Shown one piece after another: positions 36,057 through 44,295 of a DNA stretch of 64,000 bases (positions are counted from its first letter, which is position 1; every line of letters begins with the position of its first letter). The translations under genes were made by a program, and so were the position numbers. The stretch is from NCBI GenBank assembly GCA_050179935.1, contig JBFXEQ010000005.1, forward strand, positions 39,738 to 103,737, read 5' to 3'. The stretch is from Bacteroidales bacterium. Lineage in GTDB: Bacteria > Bacteroidota > Bacteroidia > Bacteroidales > UBA12077. A model generated the notes under the pieces. That model was given only the letters and a program-made list of their open reading frames with translations. It was not told the DNA's origin and ran no database searches.

Positions 36057-36797
36057 ATGAGATTCTTTGTGGCAATTGATGATACTGACAATTTAGAATC
36101 AAGAGGCACCGGTTTTAGGGCACGCGAAATGGGGAAACTAATTGTTGAACAAGGCGTTGGTGATGTTGAGTCGATTTCGAGACATCAATTGTATGTTCAT
36201 AAAAATATTCCATATACATCGCACAACAGCTCAGCTTGCTTAATTGTGAATACTGATAAATTTGATGCTTTACAAAAGCTATGCTCTGAATATCTTATTC
36301 GTGAAGCTGCCGAAGGTTCTGATGCAGGATTATGTATTGCCAGAGAAGATTTAATTAACGATGAAATTATAGATTGGGGAATCAGAGCTAAAATAGAGAT
36401 TCTTACAAAAGAAAACGCACATAAACTAGCCAATGAAAGAGGTATTTTTCTTGAAGGATATACAGGAACAAAAATTGGTGTTATTGGATCTCTTGCAGCT
36501 GTGGGATTAAGAAAAGCAGGAAACGACGGAAGAAATATCTGGGTAAAAGGAAAAGAATTACGCGAAATATGTGGCATTTTTTCCGGATCAGAATTAAAAA
36601 CGATTAGTCACATACAGGTTATTAAATCTGTTGATGGCAAATTAATAAATGATAATGAACGAATTGATGTTGGAAATTGGTTAAGGCCGGTTATCCAGAA
36701 TAAAGAAATAACTGTAATTGTAGAAAAAACTAAAAAAAATGAAAACCATGAATGGCAGCACGTATCAAAAGAGTATATCAAGAACATTTCAAACTAA
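36057..36797 (+). CDS. Hypothetical cytoplasmic protein with an N-terminus resembling the TiaS kinase-like (TCKD) domain
   Basis: The N-terminal 'MRFFVAIDDTDNLESRGTGF' resembles the TiaS start motif 'GIDDTDS..GMCTT'. I recognised no OB or Zn-ribbon part. It starts 3 nt after the ModE-like gene. Confidence 0.45.
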   Translation: MRFFVAIDDTDNLESRGTGFRAREMGKLIVEQGVGDVESISRHQLYVHKNIPYTSHNSSACLIVNTDKFDALQKLCSEYLIREAAEGSDAGLCIAREDLINDEIIDWGIRAKIEILTKENAHKLANERGIFLEGYTGTKIGVIGSLAAVGLRKAGNDGRNIWVKGKELREICGIFSGSELKTISHIQVIKSVDGKLINDNERIDVGNWLRPVIQNKEITVIVEKTKKNENHEWQHVSKEYIKNISN

Positions 36798-37317
36798 TAC
36801 ACTTACATTAGTTCTTGAGATATTATTATTGTTAGCATTAGGAATCGGTGCAATTGTATTGCGTTCAAACCTCCGTATTCCATTAAACATACCCGGCCGT
36901 CATGGATTGGAGTTTATGGCAATTATTATGATTGGACGCAGGATTTCTAAGTTGCCATTTGCAACCATAATTATGATGCTGGGAGCATCAAGCTTTATGT
37001 TTTTCCCATTTATAGGAATCAAAGATCCATTTTTGCCAATAATTTATGTTGTTATGGGAGTTGTAGTTGATACTTTGTATTTATTATTCCGAAATCCCGC
37101 TAAAAGACTGGCAATTCTTACTCTAATTGGAGGTTTAGCCTATATGGTAATACCAATTAGTCGTTTAACCATTTATCTTTTTACAGGCGTTCTTGAATCT
37201 TCATTTATTAAGTGGGGATTTGTTGTCCCTGTTTTATCTCACTTTGTATTCGGAATTGCCGGTGCATTATTAGGAGCCGGATTCGTTTATTCAATCAATA
37301 GAATTATAAAAAAATAA
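36739..37317 (+). CDS. Small polytopic inner-membrane protein (about 5-6 TM), unknown family
   Basis: Hydrophobic segments occur throughout. It overlaps the upstream gene by 50-59 nt (ATG at 36739 or 36748), which suggests translational coupling. Confidence 0.6.
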   Translation: MKTMNGSTYQKSISRTFQTNTLTLVLEILLLLALGIGAIVLRSNLRIPLNIPGRHGLEFMAIIMIGRRISKLPFATIIMMLGASSFMFFPFIGIKDPFLPIIYVVMGVVVDTLYLLFRNPAKRLAILTLIGGLAYMVIPISRLTIYLFTGVLESSFIKWGFVVPVLSHFVFGIAGALLGAGFVYSINRIIKK

Positions 37318-37330
37318 AAAATCGCTTTTT

Positions 37331-38275
37331 ATGAAGATTATTAAACCTATGGTTGGCGATATGAAAAAAAGAACCTGTCGGTACTTTTATAACTCACTAT
37401 TTGTATTGTTACTTATACTTCTTACAATTAATTATTCATGTAACGAAGAAGACAAAAACGATTTTTCGGATCCGGAAATAAATATCATAAATCTACCTGG
37501 GCATGTTTTCTCTGACTCGACAATTTCTGCAGGACAAAAATTTATTGTAGGTGTAGAAGCTACATCAAACGGGCATAATAAACTAACCAATTTTATTGCA
37601 AAAGTAAACGGTGAAAGATATTTGGATCTGGGAATTTTTTCAGAAACCTTTAATAAAGAAATTGAAATTACCAAAGGACTTAGCGAAACGGATGTTTGGG
37701 AATTTATAATTCGAGATATTGAAGGAAATTGGGCAAGCAAGAGCATAACAATTACTCAAGGTGATTCAACTGGATTTGGCGAAATTGATACGTACTTAAA
37801 TGTTTATTTGGGAGCTCAAAATAGCACTCTTTACGGAAGTTTCTTTTCTTTAGGTACTGGTACTGTTTATAATTTGCAAGATGCATTTACAAATTCAGCC
37901 CTTATTGATTTAGTATATTATTATGATGATTTTGATAAGCTAGAGAAATGTATCATGGCATCGCCAGGAGCAAATATTGGTGAAACAGCCTTTCCGGGTG
38001 AATTTGCCATAGCTAATTGGGAAACAATTAATACAACCCGATACAGCAAAGAAAAGCTCTCCCTTTCAATTGAAGAATTTGACAATGCTTTAAATGATAG
38101 CATTTTAATAGCAAACACATTTGCTTTCGAAACCGGTGGGCGTAAAGCAAAACTCCTACAAACTGGCGATATGTTTGCATTTGTAAGAGATAACAAAACA
38201 GGAATATTTAAAGTGGTGAATACATTGGAATCAAATAGCGGTTATATTGTTGTTGATATAAAAATTCAAAAATAA
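37331..38275 (+). CDS. Lipoprotein, uncharacterised family (paralog 3 of 3)
   Basis: Lipobox 'TINYSC'. The true start may be the ATG at 37361, 'MKKRTC..'. It shares the mid-block 'ASPGANI' and the C-terminal 'RKAKLLQTGDMFAFVRDNKTGIFKVVNTLESNSGYIVVDIKIQK' with ORFs 454-1047 and 1163-2065. Confidence 0.7.
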   Translation: MKIIKPMVGDMKKRTCRYFYNSLFVLLLILLTINYSCNEEDKNDFSDPEINIINLPGHVFSDSTISAGQKFIVGVEATSNGHNKLTNFIAKVNGERYLDLGIFSETFNKEIEITKGLSETDVWEFIIRDIEGNWASKSITITQGDSTGFGEIDTYLNVYLGAQNSTLYGSFFSLGTGTVYNLQDAFTNSALIDLVYYYDDFDKLEKCIMASPGANIGETAFPGEFAIANWETINTTRYSKEKLSLSIEEFDNALNDSILIANTFAFETGGRKAKLLQTGDMFAFVRDNKTGIFKVVNTLESNSGYIVVDIKIQK

Positions 38276-38280
38276 GTTGC

Positions 38281-40569
38281 ATGATGATTTCAAAAAAAAT
38301 AATTCAAATAGTACTCGTTCTTTTTCTATTCCCCATTTCGGTTTTTGCTCAAATCGAATTATCGGGAAAAATTATTGACTCAGTTACGAATGAATCATTA
38401 TCAGGGGCCAATATTGTTTTGCTAGAAATACAGCACGGTGTTTCCAGTAATAAAAATGGTGAGTTTACGGTTCTAAATATTAACCCCGGAACTTACACTA
38501 TACTTGTTTCATTTGTAGGTTATTACAATCAAGAACTAACACTTTTGGTTGATGAAAACAATAATCATGTTATAATTAAATTGAATCCATCTGTTATTGA
38601 AATGGAAAAGGTAATAATTACAGCAACTTTAACAGAACGAAAGATTGAAGATTTACCTGGTCAGAATGAAATTATCGAAAAGAACACGATAGAAGGTTAT
38701 CCTGTTTCCAATACTGATGATCTTCTTCAATCCATTTCAAATATTAATGTTAACCGCAGCTGGGGGATTTTTTCCAAAAATTCATCAGTAACTATGCGTG
38801 GTTTGGAATCGGCTCAAGGAACGTTGATTCTTTATAATGGTGTTCCCCTGAACAAAACTGCTGGAGGTTCAATTAACTGGCATATGATTTCTCCTGACCG
38901 GATTGAACGAATTGAAATAATAAAGGGTCCAAGCTCTGCTCTATATGGAAATAATGCTATGGGCGGAGTTATTAATATCATCACAAAAAAAACAAACGAA
39001 GAGATTTCGGGAGATATAAGAGCATTTGGTGGTACTTATGGCACTTATGGCGGAAAACTGAATCTTGAAGGAAATCAAAAGCTATTTGGGAAAAAATTTT
39101 ATTGGGGTGTTAATGGATTTTATCGACAAGGTGATGGGTATATTATAGAGCCGTTAAATCTTCGAGATTCAACAGATGTTAAGGTTTACCTTAAAGAAAA
39201 CCGCTTAGGAGCGATGGTTGGCTATGAGTTTAATCAAAACAATAAACTTGAAGTTGAATATAGCTATTATGACGATAAACGAGGCGACGGAAAACAGGTT
39301 TATTTCGACGATGGTGGTTATGTTAAGTACACAACAAATTTTGTGCGCGCAAAATACAACACACAGATTGCTTCTTTTAAGATTGAAGCAAACGCATATT
39401 TTCAGAACGAAGATTTTTACCAGTTTACCGAATCTATAAATGATGATGGCAATTATAAGCTCTCGTACAAAGATCAAATTTCAAGAGATTACGGGATTTG
39501 GACAAATGCTACAAAAAATTTTGGCGAACACAACTGGCTTACATTTGGAGTTGATTTTAAACAGGGATTTATGGATGCATCAGATGTTTACCTAACATCA
39601 ACAGATACTGTTTTGCGCGATGGCAAAATTCAATCGTATGCTGCTTTTATTCAAGATGAACATCGATTTTTTAATGAAAAACTAAAGATTATTGCCGGAT
39701 TGCGATTTGATTATTCACGTTTCTATAATGCTTCGATTTATGTTGGCGATCCATCAGTAAATACAGGATTTGAAGAATCCTTTTCAGAAAATTATAAAAA
39801 CTCCGATTGGACTGCATTAAGTCCAAAGCTTGCTATTCAATATGACATTTCAAAATCAATTAAGTCTTATATTTCAGCATCATCAGGCTTTATGCCGGCT
39901 ATTATAGACGATATGATTTCGTCTCGAAAAATAAATAAAGGGTTTAAGCAAGCTAACCCTGAATTGCAGCCTCAAACTTTATACAATTACGAAATAGGGT
40001 TTAACACAAAACCATTTAAAAAGGCACAATTAAAAACAGCCGCCTATTATTCGAAAGGTAAAGATTTTCAATATTTTGTCGGTACCGGCAATTATATTGA
40101 CGGACAGCCTGAACTGATGCGAGAAAACATTGCTGAAGTTGAAATTATTGGTGCAGAAATATCATTCCAATACGATTTTACGAATCAATTAATTTTTAAA
40201 ACAAATTACACTTATAATAGCTCAATTATTAAAGATTTTGATTTAACCAATTATACAGGCGATGATTTATCAGGCAAACAGCTTATAGATATTCCCTGGC
40301 ATCAGGCTTTTGCAGGGTTCTTTTGGAAAAACAGGTTCATCAATACAACTCTTACAGCTAATTATATTGGTAAAGAATATTCAGACGAACAAAATATTCT
40401 TATTATTGATGATTATGTAACAATTGATCTAAACCTATCAAAGACTATTTATCGTAATTACTCCTTATCACTGGATATTCAGAATCTATTCGACAAGGTG
40501 TATATTGATAAAAAAGACAGACTATCACCTGGAAGATTTATTGTTTTTGAATTTGGGTATAAGTTTTGA
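38281..40569 (+). CDS. TonB-dependent outer-membrane receptor with a CarboxypepD_reg-like N-domain (paralog of 2076-4397)
   Basis: 'GKIIDSVTNESLSGANI..NINPGTYTILVSFVGY', 'RIEIIKGPSSALYGNNAMGGVINIITKK', 'LKIIAGLRFDY' and a C-terminal 'FEFGYKF'. It is collinear with the first TBDR. Confidence 0.9.
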   Translation: MMISKKIIQIVLVLFLFPISVFAQIELSGKIIDSVTNESLSGANIVLLEIQHGVSSNKNGEFTVLNINPGTYTILVSFVGYYNQELTLLVDENNNHVIIKLNPSVIEMEKVIITATLTERKIEDLPGQNEIIEKNTIEGYPVSNTDDLLQSISNINVNRSWGIFSKNSSVTMRGLESAQGTLILYNGVPLNKTAGGSINWHMISPDRIERIEIIKGPSSALYGNNAMGGVINIITKKTNEEISGDIRAFGGTYGTYGGKLNLEGNQKLFGKKFYWGVNGFYRQGDGYIIEPLNLRDSTDVKVYLKENRLGAMVGYEFNQNNKLEVEYSYYDDKRGDGKQVYFDDGGYVKYTTNFVRAKYNTQIASFKIEANAYFQNEDFYQFTESINDDGNYKLSYKDQISRDYGIWTNATKNFGEHNWLTFGVDFKQGFMDASDVYLTSTDTVLRDGKIQSYAAFIQDEHRFFNEKLKIIAGLRFDYSRFYNASIYVGDPSVNTGFEESFSENYKNSDWTALSPKLAIQYDISKSIKSYISASSGFMPAIIDDMISSRKINKGFKQANPELQPQTLYNYEIGFNTKPFKKAQLKTAAYYSKGKDFQYFVGTGNYIDGQPELMRENIAEVEIIGAEISFQYDFTNQLIFKTNYTYNSSIIKDFDLTNYTGDDLSGKQLIDIPWHQAFAGFFWKNRFINTTLTANYIGKEYSDEQNILIIDDYVTIDLNLSKTIYRNYSLSLDIQNLFDKVYIDKKDRLSPGRFIVFEFGYKF

Positions 40570-40632
40570 TTGTTCTTTTACAAAAAAATGGTGCAATTTT
40601 GCAATATAATTGGTTGGATTATAACTTAACAA

Positions 40633-41430
40633 ATGAATCACTCTGATACTTTTTCTTTATATTCACGATGGTTTTCAGCATATATAAACCATTTCCTGGT
40701 ATTACATCCCGATTTGGCAGAAAATATCCAGATTAAAGCCGATCACAGCAGAAAAGTACACCACGAAATCCTTGGATTAGCAAAAAACATAAAACTTACC
40801 GAAGGAGATACATTTATAGCCGAGACCATTGGACTTTTTCATGATATCGGCCGGTTTAAACAATATGTAAAATACCAGACTTTTTCCGATTCAAAATCGC
40901 AAAACCATGCTGAGTTAGGCGTTGATGTTCTTAAAGAAAATAATGTTTTAAAAAATCTTACCCCAGAACAGCAAGAAATTATTTATAAATCAATTCTTAA
41001 TCATAGCAGAGCCGAGATTGCTCCTGATACTAATGAAAAAGTGATTTCCTTTTCAAAAATGATTCGCGATGCAGACAAACTCGATATCTGGCGACTAATT
41101 ACCGAATACTATATGGTAAAAGAGCAAAATGAAAACAAAACACTTGAGCTCGAATTGCCGGATAACGAAGAAATTTCGGACGAAGTTCTGCAGGCAATTT
41201 TAAACCACCAATTAATATTAAAAGAATCGTTGAAAACCCTCAATGATTTTAAACTGTTGCAGATAGCTTGGATTTTTGATCTGAATTTCGATTATTCAAT
41301 CCAACGGCTTTTTGAAAAAAAATATCTCGAAAAAATAATTAGAACTTTGCCACAGAACAACAAGGTAAATAAGGTTAAAACCTTGGTAGATTCTTATTTT
41401 AGGGAGCATATTAAAACATTTGCCCAATAA
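40633..41430 (+). CDS. HD-domain phosphohydrolase-like protein
   Basis: 'H...GLFHDIGR' HD motif and a downstream 'DADKLD'. Confidence 0.75.
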   Translation: MNHSDTFSLYSRWFSAYINHFLVLHPDLAENIQIKADHSRKVHHEILGLAKNIKLTEGDTFIAETIGLFHDIGRFKQYVKYQTFSDSKSQNHAELGVDVLKENNVLKNLTPEQQEIIYKSILNHSRAEIAPDTNEKVISFSKMIRDADKLDIWRLITEYYMVKEQNENKTLELELPDNEEISDEVLQAILNHQLILKESLKTLNDFKLLQIAWIFDLNFDYSIQRLFEKKYLEKIIRTLPQNNKVNKVKTLVDSYFREHIKTFAQ

Positions 41431-41478
41431 TAACTGATATAAAACCAAAGAATAACTATTTTTGTAAAAATTTTGTAG

Positions 41479-42651
41479 ATGATAACCATAGAAAAAGCAT
41501 ATCAAACAGTTATAGGAAAATCATACACACTGGAAACAGAGAAGATTGATTTTATTGATTCTGTAGGGAGAATACTTGCTGAAGATGTAACTTCGGATAT
41601 TGAAATGCCTCCATTTGATAAATCATCGATGGATGGATATGCTTGCCGGCGAGCAGATGTTGATAATACACTCGAAATTATAGAAATTATTCCAGCAGGA
41701 AAAACACCAACCAAAAGAATTGGTCCAAATCAGTGTGCAAAAATAATGACCGGAGCGCCCGTTCCAGAAGGAGCCGATTTTATTGCAATGGTCGAATACG
41801 CCGAAGAGATTGATGATAAATATGTAAAAATCAACAAAATAACTCAGCGCAATAATATAAGCTATCGTGCCGAAGATGTTAAGATTGACCAATTGGTATT
41901 GCAGAAAGGTATAAAAATTAAACCTCAGCATATTGCCGTTTTTGCTTCGGTTGGATATACCAATGTTTTGGTAACAAAACAACCTAGAGTTGCAATTATT
42001 TCTACTGGCGATGAGTTGGTTGAGCCGCATAAAAAACCGGGTATTTCGCAGATCAGAAACAGTAATGGTTATCAACTAATTACACAAGTAAAATCGTGTG
42101 GAGCTATTGCAAATTATATTGGAATTGCAGATGATACTCCTGAAGATACTTTCAATAAAGTAAGTAAAGCATTATCTGAGAATGATTTGGTGCTTTTAAC
42201 CGGTGGTGTCTCTATGGGTTCGTTCGATTTTGTTCCCGAAGTATTGAAAAAAGCAGGAATAGAAATTTTGTTCGATTCTATAGCAGTAACACCTGGGAAA
42301 CCAACAACATTTGGTGTTACTGGTAAAAAATTCTGTTTTGGATTACCCGGAAACCCAGTTTCATCATTCATACAATTTGAATTATTAGTAAAACCATTAA
42401 TTTATAAGTTGATGGGATTTGATTTTCAACCATTGGATATACAAATGCCTATGGGTATTGAATTTAAACGCAAAAAGACAGATCGTAAAGCATATATCCC
42501 CGTGTTTATTAAAGATGGAGAAGTTTTTCCTGTTGAATATCATGGATCAGCGCATATACATGCTTTATCGTTTGCACACGTAATAATTGCTTTTCCAATC
42601 GGAGTTGATACGTTATTAAAAGGAGAAATCGTTCATGTACGACAAATATAA
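41479..42651 (+). CDS. moeA: Molybdopterin molybdenumtransferase MoeA
   Basis: 'PPFDKSSMDGYA', 'IMTGAPVPEGAD', 'TGDEL' and 'LTGGVSMGSFDF' motifs. Confidence 0.92.
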   Translation: MITIEKAYQTVIGKSYTLETEKIDFIDSVGRILAEDVTSDIEMPPFDKSSMDGYACRRADVDNTLEIIEIIPAGKTPTKRIGPNQCAKIMTGAPVPEGADFIAMVEYAEEIDDKYVKINKITQRNNISYRAEDVKIDQLVLQKGIKIKPQHIAVFASVGYTNVLVTKQPRVAIISTGDELVEPHKKPGISQIRNSNGYQLITQVKSCGAIANYIGIADDTPEDTFNKVSKALSENDLVLLTGGVSMGSFDFVPEVLKKAGIEILFDSIAVTPGKPTTFGVTGKKFCFGLPGNPVSSFIQFELLVKPLIYKLMGFDFQPLDIQMPMGIEFKRKKTDRKAYIPVFIKDGEVFPVEYHGSAHIHALSFAHVIIAFPIGVDTLLKGEIVHVRQI

Positions 42652-43435
42652 TCGCAAAATAAATTATCTGAGAATTTCAGTAACAGATCGCTGTAACTTG
42701 CGATGTGTATATTGCATGCCCGAAGGTGGTGTTACATTACTCAAACACGAAGAAATTCTGAATTTTGAAGAAATCGTACAAGTTACCAAAACTGCTGTTC
42801 GCAAAGGAGTTAATAAAATACGAATTACAGGTGGTGAGCCATTAGTACGAAAAGGGATTATTGAACTGATCAGCATGATTGGAAAAATTGATGGAATAGA
42901 TGACTATTCAATGACTACAAATGGTATTTTATTGGAACAGTTTGCCGAGGAACTTAAAAAAGCAGGATTGCACAGAGTAAATATAAGTCTCGACTCAATG
43001 GATCCTGAACGATACAGACAAATAACCCGGGGTGGTGATATTACTAAGGTTTTTGCAGGAATTGAAGCGGCAAAAAAAGTAGGGCTGGAACCTATAAAAA
43101 TAAATTGTGTAATAAAAAAGAGCGAAGAGGAGCCTGATGCTGTTGAGGTTGCTAAATTTTGCAAAGAAAATGGACTGTTTGTTCGTTTTATTACGGAAAT
43201 GGATCTTGAAAAAGGAGAGTTCTCAATAGTGCATGGTGGGTCAGGTGGCGATTGTGTACATTGTAATCGCATTCGTTTAACAGCCAATGGAATGATAAAA
43301 CCATGTTTGTTTAGTGATATTCAATATAGCGTAAGAGAACTTGGTGCTGATAAAGCAATAGATATGGCTATTGCGAATAAGCCAAAAAATGGACATACTA
43401 ATGTTACCGGGAAGTTTTATAATATAGGTGGATAG
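42635..43435 (+). CDS. moaA: GTP 3',8-cyclase MoaA (compact form, radical SAM)
   Basis: 'LRISVTDRCNLRCVYCMPE' (CxxxCxxC), 'ITGGEPL', a second cluster 'CVHCNRIRLTANGMIKPCLF' and a C-terminal Gly-Gly. It overlaps moeA by 17 nt. Confidence 0.9.
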   Translation: MYDKYNRKINYLRISVTDRCNLRCVYCMPEGGVTLLKHEEILNFEEIVQVTKTAVRKGVNKIRITGGEPLVRKGIIELISMIGKIDGIDDYSMTTNGILLEQFAEELKKAGLHRVNISLDSMDPERYRQITRGGDITKVFAGIEAAKKVGLEPIKINCVIKKSEEEPDAVEVAKFCKENGLFVRFITEMDLEKGEFSIVHGGSGGDCVHCNRIRLTANGMIKPCLFSDIQYSVRELGADKAIDMAIANKPKNGHTNVTGKFYNIGG

Positions 43436-43440
43436 AAGAA

Positions 43441-43525
43441 GCTGTGAGCTATGAGCTATGAGCCGTGAGTTTTTAGCTGTTAGTCCTTTAATTTTAAATT
43501 TTCAAGTTTCAAATTTCAAATTTCG
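43441..43525. repeat. Two short heptamer tandem arrays in the moaA-moaC spacer
   Basis: 'CTGTGAG CTATGAG CTATGAG CCGTGAG' (43441-43469) and 'TTTCAAG TTTCAAA TTTCAAA TTTCG' (43500-43525). Confidence 0.8.
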
Positions 43526-43530
43526 TTCTT

Positions 43531-43992
43531 ATGAGCAAATTAAGTCATGTTGATGATAAAGGAAAGGCCAATATGGTTGATGTTGGTAAGAAACCCGATC
43601 AGAGCCGGGTGGCAATAGCCACTGGACACATTACTTTGGCTAAGGAAACTGTTAAACTTATAAAAGAGAACTCCATGAAAAAAGGTGATGTGCTTACCAT
43701 TGCCGAAATTGCAGGAATACAGGGTGGTAAGCGAACCAGCGAATTAATTCCATTGTGTCATCCATTGCAAATTACTAAAATGGATGTGAAAGCCAAGATT
43801 GATAAAACAGGTGTTAGAGTTAATTCTGAAGCACGATGTGTTGGAAAAACCGGTATCGAAATGGAAGCTTTGACTGCTGTTTCTGTTGCTTTGCTTACCG
43901 TTTACGACATGTGCAAAGCAGTTGATAAATCAATGCGTATAGATGAAATTACACTTGTCGAAAAAACAAAAACAGATATAATAGAACGCTGA
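43531..43992 (+). CDS. moaC: Cyclic pyranopterin monophosphate synthase MoaC
   Basis: 'LSHVDDKGKANMVDV', 'KGDVL..A.IAGI..GKRTSELIPLCHPL' and 'GIEMEALTAVSVALLTVYDMCKA'. Confidence 0.93.
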   Translation: MSKLSHVDDKGKANMVDVGKKPDQSRVAIATGHITLAKETVKLIKENSMKKGDVLTIAEIAGIQGGKRTSELIPLCHPLQITKMDVKAKIDKTGVRVNSEARCVGKTGIEMEALTAVSVALLTVYDMCKAVDKSMRIDEITLVEKTKTDIIER

Positions 43993-44276
43993 CCTGCCCG
44001 TCCGGCAGGCGAGTAATGCGGATATCCTAACGCTGATTTACACAGACTAAAATTTTATCTTTGATAATCTGCGTTCTGCCAATAGCAGATCTGCGTCACC
44101 TGACTACCGGCCAATGTCGATAAGTTACGGAATATTCACCCTCTGCCCTGCGGGCATCTCCCTCAAGGGAGAAAATGTCTAATTTTGTCCTCCCTCGAGG
44201 GAGGTGGTCGAAGACCGGAGGGTGAAAAATAAAAAGTTTAAACTAATTGATACTGGACTTCCTGCAGGCAGGTCAG
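43989..44276. mobile_element. GC-rich MITE-like composite element bounded by 10-nt terminal inverted repeats
   Basis: 'CTGACCTGCC' (43989-43998) pairs with 'GGCAGGTCAG' (44267-44276). The interior is visibly more GC-rich than the flanks. It contains 'ATCTGCGT' repeats and a twin-hairpin sub-element (44136-44225) with the perfect palindrome 'CCTCCCTCGAGGGAGG' (44189-44204). No ORF. Confidence 0.6.
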
Positions 44277-44295
44277 TGTTCCATTTTTTTTTAGA

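Noticed and set aside
41623-43287. Several minus-strand ORFs (150, 85, 70 and 127 aa) within moeA and moaA
   Set aside because: All are antisense to genes with full-length MoeA or MoaA motifs, so they are shadow ORFs.
43441-43525. Possible CRISPR array in the moaA-moaC spacer
   Set aside because: The repeat units are only 7 nt and directly tandem, with no spacers. No cas genes are present. It is a microsatellite-like tract, not a CRISPR.
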